Shown: positions 29,569 to 40,740, numbered from the stretch's first letter. The stretch is 64,000 nucleotides of DNA from Blastocatellia bacterium (GCA_963765495.1 CAVXWP010000004.1:192001-256000), one strand, 5' to 3'. The notes: a model not told the origin generated them from the sequence alone. Translations and numbers: made by a program.

Positions 29569-31635
29569 ATGGAACAATTATTTAGTAACCCACTAACTGC
29601 CTCTGTCCTCGGACTGCTCGGACTCGGCTTCGCCGGCCTGACCTACATGGAAGTGGTCAAGCGACCTTCCGGCAACAGTCTCATGGTAGAGATTTCAAAC
29701 ACCATCCACGACGGCGCGATGGTCTTCCTCAAACGGGAGTACACGATACTTGCGGTCTTCATCGTCGTCGTAGCCCTGCTGATAGCCTTCTTTCTTCCTT
29801 ACGGCCCGCAAACGGCCGGAGCCTTTGTCGGTGGAGCCCTGTTCTCGATTCTGGCGGGCTTTTTTGGAATGAAGGCCGCAACTCGCGCCAACGTCCGAAC
29901 CGCGGAAGCGGCAAGATCAACCGGTCAGGCCGACGCATTATTTGTGGCGTTCGCGGGCGGATCGGTAATGGGGATGGCCGTGGCCAGCCTCGGATTGTTC
30001 GGCATAGCCGGAATCGCTTATCTCTACCTCTTCACTTTTCAACTCAAACCGGAAACGGGCTTCAACATGGAAAGCGCGGCGGCGGCAGTGCTCTCAGGAT
30101 TCGCCATGGGAGCAAGCTCCATCGCGCTGTTTGCACGCGTGGGCGGCGGCATCTATACAAAGACCGCCGATGTGGGCGCAGACCTTGTGGGTAAGGTCGA
30201 AGCTGGCATCCCCGAAGACGACCCGCGCAACCCGGCTACAATCGCCGATAACGTGGGCGACAACGTAGGCGACGTGGCAGGCATGGGAGCCGACCTCTTC
30301 GAGTCGTATGTCGGGTCGATTGTGGCGGCAATGGCAATCGCCGCAACTTCCTACACATACACGCCCAGTCTGGGCTGGATGATGCTGCCCTTGATGGTCG
30401 CCGCTCTCGGGACAGTAGCCTCACTCATAGGGATTTTATCGGTTCGCGCAATGAAGAAGCTGGACCCGGCTGCGGTCTTGCGTTACTCGACATACATCGC
30501 GACGGTGCTAATGCTTGCCGGAACGGCGTTGCTTGTGATCACGCTCGATCTGAAGGCGACCGGATATTCCAAGTGGGGTCCGTTCTGGGCCGTGGTTGCG
30601 GGCGCGGTCGCCGGTATAGTGATCGGCGGAGTCACCGAGTATTACACCTCCGGCCCACCCATCAAAAAGATCGCTCGCGCATCGGAAACCGGCCCGGCTA
30701 CCAACATTATTACCGGCATGGCTACGGGGATGAATTCGGTGGCGATACCAGTGGTTATCATCTGCGTGGCGGTGCTCGTTTCGTTTCAGGTAATAGGCTT
30801 ATTCGGCATAGCTCTTGCGGGCGTGGGCATGCTCGCGACTACCGGAATCATCATGGCCGTAGACGCATATGGCCCGATAGCCGACAACGCGGGCGGCATC
30901 AGTGAGATGAGCGGGCTTGGCCCGGAAACACGCAAAATCACAGACGGGCTCGATTCGCTAGGCAATACCACGGCGGCTATGGGTAAAGGCTTTGCAATCG
31001 GTTCTGCCGCCCTTACGGCGCTTGCGCTCTTTTCGGCTTATCAGGAAAAAGCCGGTCTTTCTCGAAGCGGCATAAACCTGACCGAACCTCACGTAATCGT
31101 AGGATTGCTCATAGGCGGAGCGGTCGTCTTTCTGATCGCCGCGCTTACGATGGCCTCGGTCGGGCGTGCGGCAAACAAGATGGTCGAAGAGGTGCGCCGA
31201 CAATTCCGCGAGATACCCGGTCTGATGGAAGGCAAGGCCAAGGCCGATACGGCAAGGTGTATATCAATCTCTACCACGGCGGCGCTGCGCGAGATGATAG
31301 CGCCGGGATTGATTGCGGTCCTGCTTCCGCCGGTTGTCGGTTTCACGCTCGGCAAGGCGGCCCTCGGCGGCATGCTCGCGGGCGCTACGCTTGCGGGCGT
31401 GATGATGGCATTGATGATGGCAAACGCGGGCGGCGCGTGGGACAACGCCAAGAAATATATCGAAGGCGGAAACCTGGGCGGGAAACAATCGCCCGCTCAC
31501 AAAGCGGCCGTGGTAGGCGATACGGTCGGGGACCCCTTTAAGGACACATCCGGCCCGGCAATGAATATTCTGATCAAGCTGATGTCTATTGTATCGCTCG
31601 TCATCGCGCCTCTGCTCGGCGACGGGTTGTTTTAG
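29569..31635 (+). CDS. hppA: Membrane pyrophosphatase, K+-dependent, probably Na+-translocating
   Basis: [28 protein letters not shown]; GNTTAA (Ala indicates K+ dependence); ADLFESY Glu typical of Na+-PPases. Confidence 0.95.
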   Translation: MEQLFSNPLTASVLGLLGLGFAGLTYMEVVKRPSGNSLMVEISNTIHDGAMVFLKREYTILAVFIVVVALLIAFFLPYGPQTAGAFVGGALFSILAGFFGMKAATRANVRTAEAARSTGQADALFVAFAGGSVMGMAVASLGLFGIAGIAYLYLFTFQLKPETGFNMESAAAAVLSGFAMGASSIALFARVGGGIYTKTADVGADLVGKVEAGIPEDDPRNPATIADNVGDNVGDVAGMGADLFESYVGSIVAAMAIAATSYTYTPSLGWMMLPLMVAALGTVASLIGILSVRAMKKLDPAAVLRYSTYIATVLMLAGTALLVITLDLKATGYSKWGPFWAVVAGAVAGIVIGGVTEYYTSGPPIKKIARASETGPATNIITGMATGMNSVAIPVVIICVAVLVSFQVIGLFGIALAGVGMLATTGIIMAVDAYGPIADNAGGISEMSGLGPETRKITDGLDSLGNTTAAMGKGFAIGSAALTALALFSAYQEKAGLSRSGINLTEPHVIVGLLIGGAVVFLIAALTMASVGRAANKMVEEVRRQFREIPGLMEGKAKADTARCISISTTAALREMIAPGLIAVLLPPVVGFTLGKAALGGMLAGATLAGVMMALMMANAGGAWDNAKKYIEGGNLGGKQSPAHKAAVVGDTVGDPFKDTSGPAMNILIKLMSIVSLVIAPLLGDGLF

Positions 31636-31825
31636 CTTTCCCAAAAGAAATCAGGGAAATGGGAGCAGGCCGCATCCGTGGTCTATTCCCATTTCCTTTA
31701 CCTTCAGGATCATTTCCACTAATATCAAGCGGGCCGATTTTCCACTTCAAGACTCGCTTCTCTTCCGCCCAATTGCTTATACTTGTGCATTATTGGTATA
31801 TTACGCCCATTGAAGGAGAATTACC

Positions 31826-32818
31826 GTGGGTGACGCTGAACACACGCTCAAGCTAAATCTCAATGAGATTATACAGGCCACTGCAAAGCGGCCCGTACTC
31901 GTAATGCTTCAGGGCCATTCTATCGGCTTGACCATTCAGCTTGATCAGGAAAAGACCGTGATCGGACGGGGATCAATGGCAGATGTCGTGCTCAGAGATG
32001 AAATCTCATCGCGTCTGCACGCCCAGGTTACGCGCTTCGCCGCCGAAGGCGGCTGCGTCGAGTATTACCTGAACGATCTTGGTTCTACAAACGGCACCTT
32101 CCTCAACGGCGCTCGCGTAACCGGCGAACAACTCCTGCAAGACGGCGACAAGATCAAAATAGGCAAACATCTGATGAAGTTTGCCATGCTCGACGAGTTT
32201 GAAGCCGAGTTTCAGGAACGTCTTCACGAGATGACTCAACGCGACGAATTGACGGGGCTTCGCTCGCGCCGCAGCCTCTTTGCCGACCTCGACCGCATAG
32301 TCAGGCAATCGGTAGACAACGCCTCGGCCCACCCGCTTAGCGTTTTAATGATGGACCTGGACTTTTTCAAAAGAGTCAACGACGGTCGCGGCCATTTGAT
32401 AGGCAGCCACACCATTCGCGAGGTAGGCCATATCATACGCGATGTAATAGGGAGCGCGGACCTTGCCGCGCGTTACGGCGGAGAGGAGTATCTGGCATAT
32501 ATTTCAGGCAAGCCCGAAGAAGGTTTTCGCGTAGCCGATGAGATCAGGCAGAAGGTCGAGGCTCATCTCTTCCCTGCTTCGACAACCGACCCCGAACTGA
32601 CCATGCGCATAACCATAAGCCTCGGGATGGCAAGCTTTCCTTCCGACGGCACCGATGCGCTTGATCTGATTCAAAAGGCCGATCAGGCGCTTTACAGAGC
32701 AAAGCTGACGGGTCGCAATCGAACCTGTATCTTCGACGCCGAAATAGACAAACCCGAAGCATTTCATCAACCGATTGACGCTTCAGCGATCATCTACGGC
32801 CCGGCTGACTCTCAGTAG
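31826..32818 (+). CDS. FHA-domain diguanylate cyclase
   Basis: FHA (IGR..SRLHA..DLGSTNGT) plus DLDFFKRVND and RYGGEEY; no RxxD I-site. Confidence 0.92.
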   Translation: MGDAEHTLKLNLNEIIQATAKRPVLVMLQGHSIGLTIQLDQEKTVIGRGSMADVVLRDEISSRLHAQVTRFAAEGGCVEYYLNDLGSTNGTFLNGARVTGEQLLQDGDKIKIGKHLMKFAMLDEFEAEFQERLHEMTQRDELTGLRSRRSLFADLDRIVRQSVDNASAHPLSVLMMDLDFFKRVNDGRGHLIGSHTIREVGHIIRDVIGSADLAARYGGEEYLAYISGKPEEGFRVADEIRQKVEAHLFPASTTDPELTMRITISLGMASFPSDGTDALDLIQKADQALYRAKLTGRNRTCIFDAEIDKPEAFHQPIDASAIIYGPADSQ

Positions 32819-32871
32819 CCTCTACTGTCAAGGAATGAGAATGGTTGGGACAGCCCTACAGAGCCACCCGC

Positions 32872-33258
32872 TCAGGCTCCGTTTTCCGGCAATTTTTCCT
32901 TGATCGTATTAAGGAATCTGTCGCAATCAATAGGCTTTTCAATGTAATCGTCAGCGCCTGCTTCGAGCGCATCATCTATCATTCGTTTGCCGTAGGCACT
33001 CATGACGATGATGGGAGTCTCGCGCAGTTCTCCGTCTTCGCGGATGCGCTTTATCATCTCGATGCCGTTCATACGTGGCATCTGGATGTCGGTTACTATG
33101 AGATCCGGGTGATCGCTTGATGCCGTGTTTAGGCCAACCATGCCGTCGATGGCATGCTCGACTTCGTAACCTTCCATTTTCAACAACCGGCAAAGCATGA
33201 AAGAAGTATCATGATGGTCCTCGACGACCAGTACCTTTTTACCCATAAATGTGCTCAT
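32872..33258 (-). CDS. Single-domain response regulator
   Basis: VLVVEDH, DLIVTDIQMP, YIEKP. Confidence 0.92.
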   Translation of the reverse strand: MSTFMGKKVLVVEDHHDTSFMLCRLLKMEGYEVEHAIDGMVGLNTASSDHPDLIVTDIQMPRMNGIEMIKRIREDGELRETPIIVMSAYGKRMIDDALEAGADDYIEKPIDCDRFLNTIKEKLPENGA

Positions 33259-33285
33259 TCTAAAAAAAACCTCACAACTAAGAGT

Positions 33286-34431
33286 TTAAGCCCCCAGCAG
33301 CGCCGTGCGCAACTGAGCTTCCTGCTCCGTATTGACGAGCGCGACAACCACATCGCCTTCAAGCAGTCTGGTTTCGCCGCGCGGGACCACCGTGTTATTG
33401 CCCCGCAAAATGGCGATGAGATTACTTTCAGGCGGCATCTTCAAATCGCGGACCATCTGGCCCGCCGAAGGGGATACTCCATCAACGGGGTATTCGAGTA
33501 TTTGAAAAGCGCCTTGCCTGAGGCTGAGCAAGGTCTTTATGCGAACCGTCGGCAGTTCGCGCTCGATGACCTGTTCTATGAGGGCAGTGGGGCTGACTAT
33601 GGAATCAACACCGAGGTTTGCCATGACTTCTTCGTTCTTGGGGTTTGAAGCCCGCGCGATGGTCTTTGGCACGCCAAAGACCTTACGGGCAAGCTGACAG
33701 GCAATAAGGTTGTCCTGATCGCTTCCGGTAGCGGCGACGAATACGCGAGCCTGTTGCGCCCTGGCCGCCTCAAGCACGTCGTGGGTGGAACTGTCGCCGA
33801 TAAAGACGGGGCATTCCAGCCTGTTCGACAGATTGGCCGCCCGCGCCGTGTCCATTTCGATTATGGCTACTTCATGACCGCTTTCAAAAAGTTCTCGGGC
33901 CAGATTGATCCCCACCTTGCCGCCCCCGGCTATGAGGATGTAGCGCGATTCATCGGTCGCATCATAACGGGGTCGGGGTTTCACCTTTGGAGGCACGGGA
34001 GGGATGCGTTCGGGCGCGGCCTGACCGGCAGCTATGTCGGTCTGTTCCACGATCAAATCGACGGCAAACAGCGTCGGACAAACCACAATCAAATTTGGGT
34101 CTTCCTGAGTGGCCTCGGCGTGACTCGGCTCATAAACGCGAGCAAGCGCGCGCGGGACGTGAAACTGAGAACGAGCGACCTGCGCGGCCATTAGATTCAC
34201 ATTGTCGTCGCGGGTGACGGCAAGCAAAAGATCTGCTTCGCCTATACCCGCTTCGCGCTGTATGTCAACGTCTATGCCGTTGCCCTGAACCAGTTCCACG
34301 CCTTCGAGACGCGAAGCCCGGCTCAACCGAGTAGTGTCTTTGTCAATGACCGTAACTTCATGGCCGCGCTCAATCAAGGCTTCCACTGTGCGCGACCCTA
34401 CTCTTCCATATCCGATTACAACGATCTTCAT
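33286..34431 (-). CDS. trkA: TrkA-family K+ uptake regulatory subunit (two RCK_N + one RCK_C)
   Basis: GYGRVG and GGGKVG NAD-binding motifs; C-terminal PRGET..EGD. Confidence 0.85.
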   Translation of the reverse strand: MKIVVIGYGRVGSRTVEALIERGHEVTVIDKDTTRLSRASRLEGVELVQGNGIDVDIQREAGIGEADLLLAVTRDDNVNLMAAQVARSQFHVPRALARVYEPSHAEATQEDPNLIVVCPTLFAVDLIVEQTDIAAGQAAPERIPPVPPKVKPRPRYDATDESRYILIAGGGKVGINLARELFESGHEVAIIEMDTARAANLSNRLECPVFIGDSSTHDVLEAARAQQARVFVAATGSDQDNLIACQLARKVFGVPKTIARASNPKNEEVMANLGVDSIVSPTALIEQVIERELPTVRIKTLLSLRQGAFQILEYPVDGVSPSAGQMVRDLKMPPESNLIAILRGNNTVVPRGETRLLEGDVVVALVNTEQEAQLRTALLGA

Positions 34432-34476
34432 TTGAGTCTATAGCCTAACCAAGGTTTGGTTTCGTGACAAGAGTAA

Positions 34477-34586
34477 GTGATACGTGATGCGTGATACGTG
34501 ATCAACCAGACTTGCAAGTTGTCTTGAATATGCAGCCTGTCTGAAAGTCACGCATCACGCATCACGCATCACGTATCACGTATCAC
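34477..34586. repeat. Inverted heptamer-repeat element (CGTGAT family)
   Basis: (CGTGATR)n 34477-34502 and (ATCACGY)n 34548-34586; contains the oxidoreductase stop codon. Confidence 0.9.
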
Positions 34587-37429
34587 TCGTCACTCTTCAA
34601 AATATACGCCTCGCCCGCAGGTCTTACGGGACGTGAAAACCACAGGGGTCTGCGCAGGCCGCCCGGCCCCGGCGCAGGCCGCGTCATCTCTAACCATTCG
34701 TGGTAAATTTCGTGAGAACGTTTCGTATCCACGACCACATCGCCATACCTGTCATCTGCGTGAGCCGGTTCCAGGCGAACGCGCTGATGCCAGCAATGCA
34801 TTCCGCTCACGGGATCGGGGTGGACCGGAAAGGTCAGGTTTTGATGCACGCCGCCTTCCTGCCAGAATATGCGCTCGGAATCTGGATCATCGCTATTGAA
34901 CGGGCGCACTCCTTCGATCTGTCTGAGTCGCCACCGGCCTTCGCCCATCTCCTGGATGTCTACGAGGGCAGAGGCCCAGCGATCAGTCCCCTCAGCTTTT
35001 TTCAATCGCCACCTGCCCAGATGATGAGAGCAGGCCACGACTCCCGGCTTTATGCCTTCTGTGATCCACACGCGGATTATGAAATGGCCTATGTCGGTCG
35101 AGACCCGCGCAAGGTCGCCGTTTCTGAGGCCAACCGCCGCCGCGTCCGAAGGGTGAAGCCACAGCGGATTTGTGTGCGAAATCTCGTTTAGCCATTTCGA
35201 ATTGCCCGACCTCGTGTGAATCAGGGTCGGGAGCCGGAAGGTCGGAACCAGTATGTATTCGCCTTTGCCCCGATCAAGCTTGCGCCAGTGGACGTGGCTT
35301 TGCACGTATCCCGGCAAGGCGTGCTCGGGCCATTTCCAATCGGCCATCGTCTTGGAGTAAAACTCTAGCCTGCGCGAAGGCGTGGTGAAACCTCGGAACG
35401 CCTCCCCGTCTATTTTTACGCCTATCACCTGCGGCCCGGCTCCGGTCTGTTTTATGATCCGCCCCGTATCCTCTTCTGCCGTGGCGCTCTCAAGCTCGGT
35501 TTCAGACAGGCGGGTCTCGTGCTGATCGTAGATGCCCGATTTGACCGAAAAGGCCCCGTGGCGGCGCATGTAATCGAGCGGGGAGACGGCTTCGCTCGCG
35601 GCCTTTTCAGGAAGTCCGGGGACGCTGTTTTCAAATATCCAGCGATAGTACTCTTCGATGGTGATCTTTTCGCCCGCGCGATAAGGCGATTCGAAATGCC
35701 TGCGGATTCCAAGCTCTCCTGTAGGGTCGATCCGCCACGATAGCTCTATCCAGAACTCATCCTCTTCCCATACTTCGCCGGGGTTGGTTTCGTATGTGAA
35801 GTTGACTTTTTCGCCCGCGCGCTCGCGCAAGACGCGGGCGACCGGCTGACGGAATGAGATCCACTGCGCCGCATGAGTCTCCTGACTCATCAGGTCGTGA
35901 CGTTCGGGTCCCATCCCTACGGGGAGGACAAAATCGGCAAACCACGCCGTCTCGCTCCAGACGGGCGTCAGCGCCGCGTGAAGCTCTATTTTCGATTCGT
36001 CTCTGAGCATCTCAAGCCAGCTCATCCCGTCCGGGTTTGTCCATACGGGGTTGTAGACGCGTGTGAAGTAAGCCGCGATATGGCCGCGATTCTCTTTTAA
36101 CAGATGGGGGAGCAGAAAGCTCATCTCGTGATGGGCGAGCGGGTACTCTCGCGGCCAGAGCGTTTCGTTCCACACGTTTTGAGGCGCGGGCTTCGAGAAA
36201 GGCGCGGCAACAAACTTGTTCCACGCATTCGGAGAGACACCGCCTTCGGTGCCCACGCTTCCGGTCAGGACGTTCAGAAAGAAAAGGGCGCGGGCTACCT
36301 GCCAGCCGCCCAGATTGCCCGAGGCCGCGCTGCGCCAGATGTGAGAGGCGAATGCCGAACCTGCCGAGGCGATTTCGCGAGCTATCCTGACGATCTTTTC
36401 AGCCTCGACGCCGCACTCTTCTGCTGCGAATTCCGGCGTGAAGTCGGCATAGATTTCCTTTAAGGCTTCGACAAACGAATCGAAAGAGCATTCCTGATTG
36501 GGCCTCTCAGCGCGCATGAACTCCTGCCAGTTGACCCAGCGGCGGACAAACTCTCGATCAAACAAACCTTCCACGAGCATGACGCGGGCCATCGCAAGCA
36601 ACATCGCGGCTTCGGTTCCCGGCCACGGCGACAGCCAGTAATCTGCCATCGAAGCCGTGTTTGAAAGCCTCGGATCAATGACGGCGATCTTTGCGCCCGC
36701 CATCTTGCCTTCGATGATTCGCTGCGCGTGAGGATTGAAGTAATGCCCCGTTTCCAGATGCGCGCTTAACAGGAGGATGAACCGGGCATTCGCGTAATCG
36801 GGCGAGGGACGGTCCGCCCCCTGCCATAGCGCGTAGCCGACTCTGGCCGATGAAGAGCAAATATTCGTGTGCGAATTGTGACCGTCAACCCCCCACGCCT
36901 GTAGCACTCGATCCATGTATCCGTCGTGGCCCGGACGGCCTACGTGATAGATGATCTCATCGCGGCGGTCTTTAACAATCGCGGCTCGAATCTTTGCCGC
37001 GAGCGTGTCGAGCACTTCGTCCCAACTCACGCGATGCCAGTGCCCTTCGCCGCGTTTGCCTTCGCGCTTGAGCGGGTAGAGTATCCGCTCGGGGTCGTGA
37101 ATCTGATTGATCGTAGCGGGGCCTTTGGCGCAATTGCGCCCGCGCGAAGCCGGATGGTGAGGGTTGCCTTCGAGCTTTTGAATCTCGCCGCTCTCTTTAT
37201 CAATGTAAGCCAGCAATCCGCAGGCGGCTTCACAGTTGAAGCAGGTAGTCGGAACCAGTGAATACCGCCGCTCTACCTTGCGAGGCCAGCTTTTCGCATC
37301 GTATTCCACCCAGTCATCCCACCTTTCGTAAGGCGGATAGCTGGTGAGGCGGGAACTCTTTTGAGGCGATACGACCTGCCGGTTTTCCTCCCGCTGCTCT
37401 GAGGTGTTGTCTTTATCCTGAGTTGACAT
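34583..37429 (-). CDS. Mo/W-bisPGD oxidoreductase catalytic subunit (Psr/Phs/Soe-like, no Tat signal)
   Basis: CFNCEAAC...NCAKG FS0 motif, NSHTNICSS, C-terminal WLHPSDA molydop-binding domain; start ATG 37429. Confidence 0.9.
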   Translation of the reverse strand: MSTQDKDNTSEQREENRQVVSPQKSSRLTSYPPYERWDDWVEYDAKSWPRKVERRYSLVPTTCFNCEAACGLLAYIDKESGEIQKLEGNPHHPASRGRNCAKGPATINQIHDPERILYPLKREGKRGEGHWHRVSWDEVLDTLAAKIRAAIVKDRRDEIIYHVGRPGHDGYMDRVLQAWGVDGHNSHTNICSSSARVGYALWQGADRPSPDYANARFILLLSAHLETGHYFNPHAQRIIEGKMAGAKIAVIDPRLSNTASMADYWLSPWPGTEAAMLLAMARVMLVEGLFDREFVRRWVNWQEFMRAERPNQECSFDSFVEALKEIYADFTPEFAAEECGVEAEKIVRIAREIASAGSAFASHIWRSAASGNLGGWQVARALFFLNVLTGSVGTEGGVSPNAWNKFVAAPFSKPAPQNVWNETLWPREYPLAHHEMSFLLPHLLKENRGHIAAYFTRVYNPVWTNPDGMSWLEMLRDESKIELHAALTPVWSETAWFADFVLPVGMGPERHDLMSQETHAAQWISFRQPVARVLRERAGEKVNFTYETNPGEVWEEDEFWIELSWRIDPTGELGIRRHFESPYRAGEKITIEEYYRWIFENSVPGLPEKAASEAVSPLDYMRRHGAFSVKSGIYDQHETRLSETELESATAEEDTGRIIKQTGAGPQVIGVKIDGEAFRGFTTPSRRLEFYSKTMADWKWPEHALPGYVQSHVHWRKLDRGKGEYILVPTFRLPTLIHTRSGNSKWLNEISHTNPLWLHPSDAAAVGLRNGDLARVSTDIGHFIIRVWITEGIKPGVVACSHHLGRWRLKKAEGTDRWASALVDIQEMGEGRWRLRQIEGVRPFNSDDPDSERIFWQEGGVHQNLTFPVHPDPVSGMHCWHQRVRLEPAHADDRYGDVVVDTKRSHEIYHEWLEMTRPAPGPGGLRRPLWFSRPVRPAGEAYILKSDE

Positions 37430-37465
37430 CTTGATCTTCTTCGAACCGTGTCGGCTGGGTAATTT

Positions 37466-37570
37466 GAAATGGGCCGCGGATAACGCGGATGCGGCGGATG
37501 TACGCGGATCAGACCTTATATGAGCCAATCCGTAAAAATCTGTCGAATCCGTCGAATTCGTGGCCTATTT
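37466..37570. repeat. REP-like palindrome, CGCGGAT family
   Basis: GGGCCGCGGATAACGCGGATGCGGCGGATGTACGCGGAT ... GTGGCCTATTT; homologous to 287-388. Confidence 0.85.
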
Positions 37571-37613
37571 GCGCATTTCCCAACCATTCAAATCCATTTC
37601 CACCAATCCCTAC

Positions 37614-39164
37614 TCAACTGAGCGGCACAGCCTGCCCGGCCTGCACCCAGATGTGTTCCCAGAGGAAAAGCCCGACAAGCGCAAACAACGACACCACCGC
37701 AAGAATAAGCCCGGTTTGCGCTGCCCCGCTTGCGAGCCCGATAAGCGGCACGAGTATTCCAATTATCACCGCGCCGCCCCAGAACATCTTGCGGAATATG
37801 CCGCGAGTGATCAATCGCGCCGCCCGCTGCTTTTCTACGTTCTCATCAAGCATGAACAATTCGCCCGCCACAAGCGCGCCGTGGGCGATCAGCGCTCCTA
37901 TCAATTCGTAGTACACGAATTCGACCGAGGCATCCGTCAGCCAGAAAAAAGTTACCTCCGAAGCTATCGCGGCGATGAGCAAAAGGGTCGCCGACCCCGC
38001 TACGAGCGCCTGCGCAAACAGGTGCAGAGGCGTGAGCGTGCTGTGCCAGAATACGCGCCCGCGCGCCTGTCTGAAAAGGAAAGCCGAATAGACCGCCGAC
38101 CCGGCGGCAAACAGCGCCCCGAGCCACAGAATCGGTTGCTCAAGCGCGTTTAATCCAAGATAGGGCATGACAAGCCAGACCCCGAGCAGCGCGCCGTAAC
38201 CCGCCAGTATGTAGCCGCCAAGCACAAGCCACGATTTCCATTGAGGGCGGAACAGGATACTTAAAAACCGCTCGGGTCGCTTGAGGTCCAAAACGAGCAA
38301 TGCCAGAGTCGCAACCAGAAAGATCATAGCAACCGGCGGGGCTACAGATTCCAACAGCCAGGCACCGCCGACGCGAGGACGCGCAACCCCGAACCCGAGC
38401 CCGAGCGCCGCCACTATGAAAGCGCCCGCCGAGATTGATTTGGTCCACAGATAGGCTGAAACCTTCCACCCCCACGGGCGTTCGTGTGATATGTCGTATG
38501 TCGTGCGGGCGCGAGCTTCGGCTTCGGCCAGCGCTTGCTCGTTTTGCATAACGGCATCCATCTGCTGTTCGGCCCACAGATAGCCTCCCGTATGCGTCTG
38601 CTCGGTCGGACGCAATGCCGCCTGATCCGTTTCGATGTAATAGAGCTTTGGCCTCGTTCCCGCTTCTGGCTTTCTCACCTGAGTCTGTTCCGAGGCGAGC
38701 AATCGGGATATTTTCGCAGCCGGGTCATCCATATCGCCTGCGATTATTGCCTGTTCGGGACAGACCACCACACAGGCGGGCTCAAGCCCTACCTCGACCC
38801 TGTGAGCGCAGAAATTGCACTTCTCTGCCGTATTCGTGTTTGGATTGACGTAGAGCGCGTCGTAAGGACAGGCCTGCATGCAGGCTTTGCAACCTATGCA
38901 ACGATTGCCGTCGAAATCCACTATGCCGTTATCGCGGCGAAAGAGGGCCGTGACGGGACATATGGTTACGCACGGAGCGTCTTCGCAATGATTGCACCTG
39001 AGCACGGAAAAGAAACGGCGAGTGTCAGGATACTCGCCCTTTTCGATATATTTCACCCAGGTGCGAAAGGTCCCCAGCGGCACTTCGTTTTCAGATTTGC
39101 AGGCGACCGTGCAGGCATGACATCCAATGCATTTGCGATGATCTATAATAAAACCATATTTCAT
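37614..39164 (-). CDS. NrfC/DmsB-type 4x[4Fe-4S] subunit fused to an NrfD/PsrC membrane anchor
   Basis: CIGCHACTVAC, CNHC..C..CP, CIGCKACMQACP, CNFC; then WGWKV..YL, DLKRPERF and TM helices. Confidence 0.92.
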   Translation of the reverse strand: MKYGFIIDHRKCIGCHACTVACKSENEVPLGTFRTWVKYIEKGEYPDTRRFFSVLRCNHCEDAPCVTICPVTALFRRDNGIVDFDGNRCIGCKACMQACPYDALYVNPNTNTAEKCNFCAHRVEVGLEPACVVVCPEQAIIAGDMDDPAAKISRLLASEQTQVRKPEAGTRPKLYYIETDQAALRPTEQTHTGGYLWAEQQMDAVMQNEQALAEAEARARTTYDISHERPWGWKVSAYLWTKSISAGAFIVAALGLGFGVARPRVGGAWLLESVAPPVAMIFLVATLALLVLDLKRPERFLSILFRPQWKSWLVLGGYILAGYGALLGVWLVMPYLGLNALEQPILWLGALFAAGSAVYSAFLFRQARGRVFWHSTLTPLHLFAQALVAGSATLLLIAAIASEVTFFWLTDASVEFVYYELIGALIAHGALVAGELFMLDENVEKQRAARLITRGIFRKMFWGGAVIIGILVPLIGLASGAAQTGLILAVVSLFALVGLFLWEHIWVQAGQAVPLS

Positions 39165-39342
39165 ATAAGTGCCGGTACGGCTGGATAGAAGGAGATTTTG
39201 AATGTTCTCGCTACCAGTCCGCTCGTAAGTAAGGACCATTATTACCACGGCGCAAGAGGCTTGCCAAGCGGCAACGAGACAAAGTTAAAACTAAAAGGCG
39301 TGAAGAGTAAATATCGAGCTTCCCTGAAATGTATATCTTGCA

Positions 39343-39378
39343 AACAGGAATAGGCCGCAGATGCGGCCTATTCCTGTT
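39343..39378. repeat. Short perfect palindrome (REP family end / terminator-like)
   Basis: AACAGGAATAGGCCGCA-GA-TGCGGCCTATTCCTGTT. Confidence 0.8.
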
Positions 39379-39427
39379 CCTGTCTGGTTCAAATTCCCTA
39401 TGAATCGATTATTCGGGCATAAAGCGT

Positions 39428-40099
39428 TTATCGACCGGGGGCCGTTCCAAACGAATCCATCACTCGTTCGGCTATGTCTTCCCCGGCTTGTTTAAAGACC
39501 AGTTCACCCTGAGCTCGCCCGTTTGGCACCGGTACGGGTAGCCCTACTCCGCCGATTCGCGCCTGATAGGGTCGCAGATAAACCCGCCCCTGTGTCTTGA
39601 CCTTCCCCGTGCCCGGCGTGTAGACGGCATATCGCACCGTAATATCCCTTCCCGATTGACTCGCATCCACTCCAAGCGAGTCCAGGTCCAGATCCAGCCA
39701 CACGACAAAGTTATCGGCAGATGCCTTGGCGTAATCGCTCGCCTCCTTGGAATTCATCTCTTTGCCTGTCCTCACCTTAAGCGACCCGGACTCTTTCATC
39801 CGCCCTATGCAGCCGTCAAGAACATACTGACCATAGTAATATCCCCCCGAAGAGACGCTCGAATATTTGACCACGAGGACGGGCGTTTGCGGTATTTCGG
39901 GTCTCTTCTCAGGCGGTGCGGGTGGCGGCGTTTCGCTCTCGGATGGAATTACGGGGCTGGGTTGTTTGGGTTTGCTCGGCAATCGCCTCCCCGACTGAGC
40001 CGCGCTCATTCCGGCGCTTGCCAATATAACCAGAAGAGAGAAAGATAGCGCGACCACCACACGCGAACGCCGATATGAGCATAGCAATCCTTTAGACAT
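39428..40099 (-). CDS. Secreted hypothetical protein with Pro-rich linker
   Basis: Signal peptide ending SAA|QSGRR, then a Pro-rich stretch. Confidence 0.75.
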   Translation of the reverse strand: MSKGLLCSYRRSRVVVALSFSLLVILASAGMSAAQSGRRLPSKPKQPSPVIPSESETPPPAPPEKRPEIPQTPVLVVKYSSVSSGGYYYGQYVLDGCIGRMKESGSLKVRTGKEMNSKEASDYAKASADNFVVWLDLDLDSLGVDASQSGRDITVRYAVYTPGTGKVKTQGRVYLRPYQARIGGVGLPVPVPNGRAQGELVFKQAGEDIAERVMDSFGTAPGR

Positions 40100-40155
40100 A
40101 AGATAAGCTCCTCTTCTGCGACGAATGGCACGGGCGTAAATTCAGATTGTCAGTA

Positions 40156-40740
40156 TCAGATGCCGGCTCCGCCGACGAAATAGCCTTCCCGCCAGCGACC
40201 GACACGCGCGCTCCTCGGGCTGTAGGTATTAAGGACCGAGAGCGGCGGCGCATAGCAATGCAGCGTCACCATATCGCGCCCTTCCGGCTGGAGGTTCAAA
40301 AGCTGATGGATGTCGGGCACGTCGGCTCCGGTAATCTCGCCTGGCACCCGTCGCCTCGTGTCGTAGGGGCGAACATGTCCTTCGGGCGCGTGGTCGTACA
40401 TCGTCTCGGTCAGCAACCCTTCGACGACCAGCACTACGCCTACAGACCCGCCGTGGTCGTGTATCGGAGTGCGCTGTCCCGGATGCCAGCACAGCATCAA
40501 CAACTCGGCGAAAGAGCTGCGCGCGATGAGATTGCGCGCATATTTGCGGTCTGTGAAGACCCTATGCTCTTCATACTCTCTCTGCCTGAGCGCCAGCGAC
40601 CGAAACCAGTCTTCGATCTCTGAAAGCGCCGGAACCCCTGCGAGAGCATCTATCCGTTTTGCCAGTTCGTTCAGAGACAATTCAGTGACAGCCGTAGACG
40701 GCCTGTGCCCATACGTAATCTTTGTATCGGTTACTTGCAT
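40156..40740 (-). CDS. Cysteine dioxygenase family cupin
   Basis: YARNL, LCWHPGQRTPIHDHG, IHQL, TLHCYAPP. Confidence 0.9.
   Translation of the reverse strand: MQVTDTKITYGHRPSTAVTELSLNELAKRIDALAGVPALSEIEDWFRSLALRQREYEEHRVFTDRKYARNLIARSSFAELLMLCWHPGQRTPIHDHGGSVGVVLVVEGLLTETMYDHAPEGHVRPYDTRRRVPGEITGADVPDIHQLLNLQPEGRDMVTLHCYAPPLSVLNTYSPRSARVGRWREGYFVGGAGI

Noticed and set aside
37430-37528. N-terminal extension of the Mo enzyme in the ORF track
   Set aside because: Translates the CGCGGAT repeat; not a signal peptide.
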